A stretch of DNA of 63,405 nucleotides, counting the filler, from Hyphochytrium catenoides (lineage: Eukaryota; Protista; Hyphochytriomycota): assembly GCA_900088475.1 (NCBI GenBank). It is 8 parts of 8 records of this genome, joined end to end, with 100 filler letters (N's around TTAATTAATTAA, not from the genome) between each part and the next. Parts side by side here need not be neighbours in the genome. Positions count along the whole stretch, not along the records: positions 49,909 to 60,859 come from FLMG01000473.1; positions 60,960 to 63,405 come from FLMG01001012.1; 6 more parts are not named here. One strand, 5' to 3'. This document shows, in pieces, positions 54,501-63,405 of the stretch. Each line of letters starts with the position of its first letter. The stretch's first letter is position 1. The notes under the pieces were generated by a model. It was not told the DNA's origin, searched no databases, and saw only the letters and a list, made by a program, of their open reading frames with translations. A program made the position numbers and the translations under genes.

Positions 54501-55074
54501 TGATATAGAAGGCAAACTCACGGGGAAAGAGGATGCCTTTCTCTCTTGGTCGGGCTTGGATGTCCTCAATAGAGAGAGAAGAAAGGTCAAGAGGAAGAAG
54601 AGAGCGCATCTGCTGGAGGGCTGCCTCGTTCTTTTCTTTGTTCTTTTCCTAGTGAGAGCAAAGGCCACAGCGTGAGGGAGAGACACAAATTAGTTTCCCT
54701 GCTCCTTTATACTGTCTGTCTCTGTCTGCCTGGGAGTCTCTTCCGCGTACTGTTCCTGTCTCGTTCTCTCTACCCTTCATGTGGGTCTCTAACCTTACCT
54801 TCCACTGCATCTCTAGCTTGACCATCTCTCTCTCGTAAGAAGGTGCGCTTTTGACTCTTCCTCTCCATATTTCCATGTCGCTCAACACTTTCTGGATGTT
54901 GAAGCCGACGGCACCCCATTGAGCGTGCATCTAGAGGGAACACGTTAGAGGGGTGTTAGGCAGAGGTTTAAAGCGACAACGAAAGAGAGTCAGGAGAGAG
55001 AGAGAGAGAGTGGAATAAGAGAGAGTTAGGAAGAGGGAGAGAGAGAGAGAGAGAAAAGGAGAGAGAGAGAAAAG

Positions 55075-55107
<33 letters not shown>

Positions 55108-58100
55108 AGAGAGAAAGAGAGAGAGAGAAAAGAAAAGGAAAATTAGAGGCAGGATAGAGTCAGAAGAAGGCCAGGATGCAGAGAGCTACTAACCCCTGCT
55201 ATTTGCGTCTTCAACATCTTTGCTTCCTTTGCCGCGAGAGAGATGAAAGAATCTCCTTTTGCCTCGGCAAGGCGAGTCAAGGTCTTCAGGACCTTATCAA
55301 GCTCACTATCGCGGTCCCAGTCCGGAAGGGAAGAAAACTGCAGAGAAGATGGATTCAGAGATTTACCGTTAGAGAGATAAAAGCCGAAGGCGGGCGGTGC
55401 TAGTGACAGAGCAAGGCGGTAGCTGGACAATATCGAACTTATGGAAGAAACAACGTAGAATGGCAGCAAACTGAAGGAGAGGCTGTCATAAGGAGAGATG
55501 CGCTCTTACGAAGTTATTCATCTTGTCTTTGCACTTGATCAGCACCTCCTGCTGCTCCTCAATCTTGGCAGGTAACTCTTCAATCTGCTTAGCCATCTTT
55601 TCCTTCGCCGCCAGCTGCTCTTCCATTTGCTTCTCCAAGCCTTCTAACCTAGCGAGAAAAAGACACTGCGTCAGCAGGCTCGGAGATGGTCGGCATCACC
55701 TCTCCATACTCTCAATTCTGTACCGTCCTTGCTCTTTCCCATCTCTACATTATGGCACTGTCTCTCTCATCTTCCACGTCTAAGTTCCCTTTTACTTACT
55801 TGGCGCTTTTCTGGAACTCCATCCCTTTCTTCAGTGCACCTTTAATGCTCTTCGTCTCCACAGAGATCATCCTCTTGATCATCAGTATCTGATCGTCAAT
55901 GCCTAAGACTGACATCTTCAGCTGTAGATACGCATCGCACTCTTTGGCAAGCGCAGTGAGCTACGTTTTAAAAAGGGAAAGGGGAATTTGCAAGGGCAGA
56001 TGGTCGACGTGCGCGGTCAGGACGAGGACAAAGATCATAGATAAAGAGGAATATTGACTAGAAGATAGATGAGAGCCATGACGAGTGTAACCTAGCGCAG
56101 CAACGAAGCCCAAGGACATAGGTATGTGTGTCTCAGACAAGAGGGGGTGAGATGAGGCGGGAGCGAGACGTGCGGGGGTGTACAATGATAAGAGGCGACC
56201 CAGAGGAGAGACGACGGCTGTGAGATGAACAGACCATGGGCAGCAGAGTTGGATCTTGAATGTCCTTAGAAAGTTTCGAACTCCTTCCCTCTTCATAGAG
56301 TAGTCGCTGGTACTCCTCCTCCGCTTTCTCTAACCGTTGGTTGGCAAGCTCAAATGCATTGCCACGGCTACTATCCACTCGCCACTGCCAGTGGAGAGAG
56401 ATTGCAGAGTAATCAGGGCGAAAGCGCGTAGTGTAAAGAGTTAAGCGAGGACGAGGAGTATGCGTTAGCAGGGATCGAGGTGCTCTTTCAAGCTTCTCCC
56501 GCCTATCTCCTCCGTCTGTGGCTGCCCTTATGCTCTCTTTTCCTCTCCCCTCCTGTTCTTCTACCTCTTGGAGATCTCTACTTCTCTCTCGGTCTGTAGG
56601 TAAGGGTAGAGGTAATCTGGCCTCTGTGCTTACCTGCAACTCAGAGTCTGTTAGGCCCGTCATTTGCTTCAGAATCGCAAGCTGTGCTAGAAGGTTGGCC
56701 ACTTCCTCCTTTGTGCAGTTCTCCGGATCTACAGGGATGCCGCTGGCTCCTTTTACTCTCCTTTCCCCATCCTCCGCGTCCTTTGTCTGGTAACAAGAAG
56801 ATAAGAAAAAACAAGAGAGAGAAGCGAGAGAGAGAAAGAGAGAAAGAAGAGGAACAGGAGGGGACGGTAAAGACATGAAGGCGATCGAGACAGCTGTAAC
56901 ACTGCATACGACACAGAGGAAACATCATGGGCAGGATGCATATCGCACAGTGATCTGAAGCAGCCCCAAGAGGACGAGGAAGGTCTCATACCCGTCTCTT
57001 GCCTCCCTCATCTAACACCTCAAAGTTGAACTTCAGATCATAGGGAGAATACTCTCCAGGTCCTCGCTCTCGGTACTGAGGCCCACGGAAATGGATATTC
57101 CGCGCAATGTCCATCAGCATCCCCGCCTGAGAGCCATCACCGGCCGCCAAGGCGCCATGGATCTTGCCGAAGACAAAGTCCCTATATTTTATATATGTAG
57201 AGAGAGAGAGAGATGTACGAGCGTGAGAGATTAAGATAGATACAATGAAGCTATTGGCAGGGGTCAAGCTTCGAGCGAACCATTTCCAAGGGCAGTCACT
57301 TAGATGGATGCTAAGAAGGCAAAGGACATAGAAGGGCGAGATACGTCGAGAGCATGTGGTTTGGCAGCGACAGCTAAGCAGGAGAAAGGCTACTGACTTG
57401 AACTCCTTAGGCCTGATCGCTTTCTTTACTTTGCGGTTTTTAGACGCGACAGTGTCTTTCATAAATCGCAGAGTGAAGCCATCATCCAGCACCACATAGC
57501 CAGCCGTAGAAGAGGAAGGCGCAGCAGACGCTCCTCCTACTGACAGCTGGGTGCCACTGAGACTCTTTCTTCTGACAACAGAGTTATCGGTTCCCTCTCC
57601 CGCTTCCGCAGCTCTATTGTTTGCCGTCTCAGTGCTAGAAGAGGGGGCGATGGACTTCTTCTTCTGGGCATCTGCAGTTCCCTTCTCGCCCAGAACGGCT
57701 TGCAGGGTAGAGTCTTTCATAGACTTTGGCGCTTTCGCAGTGCTCTTTCGGCGGCTCTAAAAGTAAAAGAAAGGAAGTTATATCTAGGAAGATGGGCGGA
57801 TCAAATGATAGGAAAGAGAGACAGGGAAGAGAAGAAGTGAATCGGGAAAGAGAAGGAGACTGAGAGGGAAATGCGGAGAGATGGAAGGTATGAGAGAGTG
57901 CTCGGAGCCAGAAGACACATAGAGAAGAGATACTAAGCGAAGAGAGACCAAGAAGAAAGTGGCCGAACCTCTATCTTACCTTCTCCTCCTGCGGGCGGTA
58001 GTGTCCGTAAGTCTCATGGATTTCTTTCTTCGCTTTAGCCTGAGCAACACCTCTGGTGTACAGCCGAGAAAAGATAGTTGGAGCTTCTTCCTTAGCTGCT

Positions 58101-59251
58101 GCAGGAGCGGAAGCAGGAGGAAAGGAAGAACTGCTGACTTCTTTCTTCTCTGAGTCAGTAGAGGAAGAGGAAGGAGGGGCAGGACAGTCTAATTGACTGT
58201 GAGACGAAGCGGAACGAGCGCTTGGACTTTGTTCTCTCTTCACTGCTGGTTCTTGAGAGTGAGAAGAGACGCTTATGGGAGTAAGACTGGGGACAGGATG
58301 AGGGAGACGCTGTTCTTCTTTCTTCTCAGCCTCATTGTTACCCAGCCTCCCTCCCCGCTCTTCACCTCCTCCTCCTTCCTTGTGAGCAACTCTCTTGGCC
58401 TTGCATATCTTCCTTCCAGGGAAAGCCTCGCCGTTGTTGGCAGGCTGCTGCGGATGAAGAGCTGCCTGCAGAGTGGATGAAAGTCCTAGATCAAACTTCC
58501 TCTCTTCATCTTGCTGCTCCTTGCCTGAGGCCGCGTGGGCTTTCTTTTTATCTTTCTTGGGTTTCCCTGCTCCTGCATCTCCAAGAGAGAGCTGAAACGT
58601 CACTTCTTTCTTCTCGAATATGGACTGTGAGACGGTGATCGCGCTCTTTCGATGCCTGCAATCCACTCCCAGTTCCTGCTCTGGACCTCGGGACGCTATG
58701 AACGGGTCACGAGTGGCAGGGAAGAGAGAAGAAGGAAATGTTGAGACAGAAGAAGCAAAGAGCAACACGGAGATATTGGTCTAGAAGGACAAAGGTAGGT
58801 GACACAGACCGCTGGGTAAATGAGGAGATTATGGAGGTTGAGACTCACCTTTGCCACCACTGCACTCGGGTTCCTCTCCCCTGCGAACCCGCTTCTGCTG
58901 CAGCCTCTCCATCTCCCTAAACTCCGTCTCCGTCTGCCGCACCATCTTCCAAAAGAAGAATAAGCAACTAGCGCCAAAGAGACAAAGTCCACGGCTATTC
59001 CGGCGCTGGAGGGAGCTTAACTGAGTAAGAGATAAGAGGCTGAGGAAGACCAATAAGCAGAGGCACCTCCTCGCTTTCTTTAACCTGCTTTTCCAATCCC
59101 TTGCTAACAAGGTTAAGGGCAGTAAGCCCGCTGGCGCTCTGTAGCCTTCCTCCTACTTTCCCTTACGTTCTCGTCGCGCACCTCTATCGCAGAGGCTACG
59201 GAAAAGTACGGCAGAGAGAAGGGGATCAGGAGAGAGAAGGGAGGACGACAT
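51588..59251 (-). CDS. Large multi-exon coiled-coil protein of unknown function with a Pro-rich C-terminus and repeated FLxELKKRA motifs; start uncertain
   Basis: A long chain of GT-AG-bounded exons (e.g. EQLDIVELRAIYCMIPIKFSLDK, GKKAEWRVRFFEHLKAL, GFLAELKKRA, SFLSELKKRANQGE*) with the stop at 51588-51590. Confidence 0.7.
54985..55140. repeat. Intronic (GA)n microsatellite
   Basis: Direct reading. Confidence 0.9.
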
Positions 59252-59717
59252 GCAACGGATCCGGCTTCAGCTCAGACAAAGACGAGAGAGAGAGAAGAGA
59301 CTTCACACCATCAAGCAACACCTCAGGGATGAGAGCGGAGCGATGCATCAAGCCCCATCAGTGCGAAAAGAAAGAGGAAAGCTCTCGATGGGTTAGCAGA
59401 GGTGGCACATCTTACTCCTGAATACTCCTTCTGGCTTTATCTTCCTTTCCCTTTCGGCTTGCATTCTCTTTCTTGCTTGGCTGTATCTTCCTTGCTCTGT
59501 CTTCTTGTTGCTGCGCAGTGCTTTGTACCACCCTCCAAGTTCTGCACCTCCTTGTTCCTGCCATATCTCTTTCTTTCTCTCTCTCTCTCTCTCGCTCCGT
59601 GTTTCTCTCAAGCAGCATTCTGTTCCTTTCGCCCGCTCGGTCTCACACTCGTTTCTACCTCAACCCCTATCTGTCCACCCTTGTCCACAACTTTTTCCTC
59701 TCTGTCCCTCTCTGTCC

Positions 59718-59769
<52 letters not shown>

Positions 59770-61046
59770 CTCTAGGCTGCTGCTGCTGCACTGATGATGT
59801 GATGAACCTGCCTGTAACGTGTTGGTTTCCAGATTTTTGGGGCTACATAGCTTCAACCTTTGTAATCGGTCCGGCCGTATAAGTGCTCAAAGCCCTCACA
59901 TATGGTCCTTCACCTCAGGAGACAGAATTGGGGGTTATTATAACCGCTAACGATATATCATAATATAAAATAATCATATTGGATTCTGACTGGTAACTGA
60001 TACTTACAATCTAACTGCTAACTAGTATATTATGCGGAATAGCCTGCGCTATTATTCATCATCTTCATGCGAACATGAGAAGCCGGGGGCGGGGCATCTC
60101 TTGCACCCGTTGCACTTGCACCTGCTTTTGCACTTGCTGCTGACAGCCCAAGATCACGGCCGAGGATCAACGGACATGCTGCTGCTGCCCCACAAAGATG
60201 TAGGTTCTTCGACTCTCTTTATTATGTACTTCTTGCAACACTTGTAGGGCACGCACGGATCGAAGGGTCCCGAGAAAGTAGCTCGTAGCAAGATGTACTC
60301 TACGGTGTCGTGAGATATATAGCCGGACGGCACAACCAGGCCAACAAAGTAGGAAGAGCTGAGAGAAGTCATACGTCATAGATCCAGGACACTCAAGGTT
60401 CAGATGCGTCTTCAGGTAGTCGTACTTTCATAACCAACCATAGTCAGATTTTAGTCGTGGTGCCCAACAGCATTGGCCCTTAGCTTACGATTACTTCGTC
60501 GAGGCATCTGGATTGTTAACATGGCAGTCACAACGGGGTGGAGCACGGGTTGTAGTTATCTTGCTTGAGACTAGCATCGAACCCCGCTCAGGAAGGTCTT
60601 GGCCAAGTGTAACACCTTCGCCTTGTCATTTGTTAGCCACGACCAATACGGAACCATGTGGTGGACGGCCGTGTTAGGTTCGGTTCTTCTTCTTATCACC
60701 TTCTATGACCTCTGTAGCACCACGCTAGGTGCTATAGAGTCTGGTGTCTTCTCAGTGGCAATCGTGCGCCTCTACCAGCGCCTTTCAGCTCTCATCCTTA
60801 GGAAAAACCACCGTATCTTTCAGCCAGTCGTCCGTTTCTTTGGGATCTTCGCACTGTTCNNNNNNNNNNNNNNNNNNNNNNNNNNNNNNNNNNNNNNNNN
60901 NNNTTAATTAATTAANNNNNNNNNNNNNNNNNNNNNNNNNNNNNNNNNNNNNNNNNNNNTCTCTCTCTCCTCTCTCTCTCTCTCTTTCTTCCCTTTACTC
61001 CTTTGGCTCAGGATTCTCCGTGACCCCATAGTCTTGACATCAAAAG

Positions 61047-63205
61047 GTGGAGGTTCCAGTCATCAGCCTCCTGGTTCCCCAGCGTCATCGGCCAGTCATC
61101 ATCATGACAGGAACCAATAAACATTCCATTGAAGCGCCGCCGGCCATGAAGAACAGCGATAAAGAGAAAGCGGTGCCAACGATAGAGGGCCAAACCTCCC
61201 TCAGTGTCAAAGAGAAACACCTGGAAGAGGAAGAAGATGACAGCGCTTCCTACTATTCAGAGGACTTTGACTCCGAGAGAGAAGAAGAGAGAGACGTGAA
61301 GGAGGACAACAATCATAGAGAAGAGACACCGAGAGAGAGAGAGAAAGAGCCCAAGCGCAAGCGGTCCATCCTCATGACAATGGCAAAGCTATGGAGTAGG
61401 CCCGAGAACCCTGGAGACGTGAGGGAAGACGGCCAAGAGACTGGCAGAAAAGAGAGAAGAGAAGCGGAGAAGGGGAAGAGTAAAGAAAGAACTGCGAATG
61501 AGAGAGAAACACAGAGAGATACAGAGAATCAAAGAGAGACTGCCAAGGAGACGCTCACGGAGCTAAAGAAACCCAATGAGACAAATTCTCTGCAGTCTCA
61601 AGAGAGAGAGCACAGCGAAGAGAAAGACGCTTCTCTTAGGCGGAAGAGCGTGACCAACGCCGATGTAAGAGGGCAAGAGGAAGAGCTGCATGGCGATGAT
61701 GCGGCAGAGGAAGTGGAAGAAGGCGGGAAGCCANNNNNNNNNNNNNNNNNNNNNNNNNNNNNTCTCTTTCTCTCTCTCTCTCTCTTTCTCTCCCCTGTCT
61801 TCCTTTTATTCTATCTGTCTCTGTTCCCTTGCTCCTCTTTCCCCTTCGAATCTTTTGATTCTCTTCCTCTATTGATAAATCCTTCTCTAGGACGCGGAAG
61901 AGCCCATGTCAGAGTTCCTTCTCTTTCTGAAGGAACAGGTAGCGCAGGTAGAGCCGGTATTCTCTCTCTCTCAGTATGATTCACGGCACTAATTCTGTCG
62001 CTGGTCGGTTCTTTCCTCTTTCTCTCTTCTTCTCTCTCTCTTTCTGGCTTTCCCTTTCTCTCTGTCTTTCTCTTTCTCTTTTTACCTCTCTCTCGCGCTC
62101 GCTCGCTCGGTCTCTCTCTCTCCTCTCTTTCTCTACTTCGTCGCTCTCTTTTCCTCATAGTCTCTATCAGAAGCTAAGGGAAACACTGGGGACCTGCGCA
62201 GCGGTCACCGTGGTTGGCTGCAAGAGAAGCAAAGCTCAGGGATCAAGGGGTTGAAGCGCTGGAAGGATCGTTTCTTTGTCCTCTTCCCTCAAAAGCAACA
62301 GCTACGGGCTTATAAGGACGTGGTATGCGCTCTCTCCCTACTCCCTCTCTATCTCTTCTCCACCTCTCGCTGTCTTTTTAGCTCAATGTTCTTTGATATA
62401 TTTTTTCTCACACACACTGTCTCTCTCTTTTTTTTGTTCTTTTTCCTTCTCTCTCCCTCTCTCTCTCTCTCTCTCTGTCTCCCCGTCTCTCTATGCTTGT
62501 CGGACCACTTCTGTATGCCGTCAATCGCCCCACTACCTGGTGGCTTCTTTCTCTCTTTCTCCTGGGTCTCGTCGTCCTCCTTTATTCAACTATTTCCATC
62601 TGTCTATCCTCTCTCTCTTTCCTCACGTCTGCTCCTCTCTCTTGCTCCCGACTTTCTCGCTATCTCTTTTTCTCTACCTCTTCAACTCTCCGATTTCTGT
62701 CTTGCGTTATTCTCTTTGACGCAGGCCTCGAATCTCAAGCTTTCCCCTTCCTCTTCTCTCGCCTTACCCTTTCCTACTATTAACCATAATGTAACTTATC
62801 GTTTGTGTTGCTCTCTCTCTCTCTCCCTCCTGGGCTGCTCTCGACAGAGACGTGCTCTGTGGGACGTGATCCCCGTAGAAGAGACTCTGGTCATTGACCT
62901 CCATCGGCTGGACAAAGTTGAGACACCTGCAGACTCCAAATACGAAGGTACATTTGCCTATCAGCCTCTTCTTTCTTACTCTTGTGTGCACCTTTCGACC
63001 CGTCTCCCCGTTCTCTTGGTGTTCTCTCTTCTGTCTTGACTTTTATCCTTTTACTCCTTTGCCTCACATCGGACTCGCCATCCGGCGCTTCTTCTACTCT
63101 GGCCTCATGACTCTGGTCTGCCATCCAGGTCGACGGTTTGATCTCCATTACCTGGGGGATGAAGACAAGCCTTCAGTATGCAGTCTGATGGCAGAGACCA
63201 GTCAG
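61047..63205 (+). CDS. PH-domain protein with an acidic/charged N-terminal region; partial
   Basis: Exons ...GLKRWKDRFFVLFPQKQQLRAYKD|, VIDLHRLDKVETP and RRFDLHY...CSLMAETSQ| follow the PH beta-strand pattern. Confidence 0.7.
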
Positions 63206-63405
63206 GTGAGACGGTAACGAAGAAAGATAAGAGAGAGGGAGAGACACAGAGAGAGAGAGTCAGACAGACAGAAAGAGAGAAAGACAGACAGAGAAGGGAG
63301 GACGGAGAGCTATATAGAAACCTGCGACGCTTATGACCAACATTGTAGGAAGCAGCTGAGTGGCTAAAGGCATTAAGTCCAAGCATCAAATCTCTGAGGT
63401 CAGAA

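Overview
This is eukaryotic genomic DNA with GT-AG introns and abundant (GA)n/(CT)n tracts, and gene content points to a stramenopile-type protist or alga. The window is not contiguous: seven artificial N-TTAATTAATTAA-N linkers join eight contigs (1-1229, 1330-27635, 27736-28749, 28850-31179, 31280-45717, 45818-49808, 49909-60859, 60960-63405). Recognisable genes are a multi-pass membrane protein, a ~1410-aa dual hybrid histidine kinase, an intronless GH2 beta-mannosidase, a 13-exon oomycete-type MIT-domain chitin synthase, a kinesin fragment, a PX-domain protein, a DHX35-like DEAH helicase, an F-box protein, a Q-rich SSXT (SS18/GIF-like) protein, a large coiled-coil protein and a PH-domain protein. 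Gene-free degenerate tracts hold a Ty3/gypsy RNase H-integrase remnant. They also hold the most notable signal: the C-terminal zinc-finger/RuvC-III end of a Fanzor (eukaryotic TnpB-like RNA-guided nuclease) followed by a basic NLS-like tail, at ~26900-27185. All calls come from motif recognition by eye; no searches were run.
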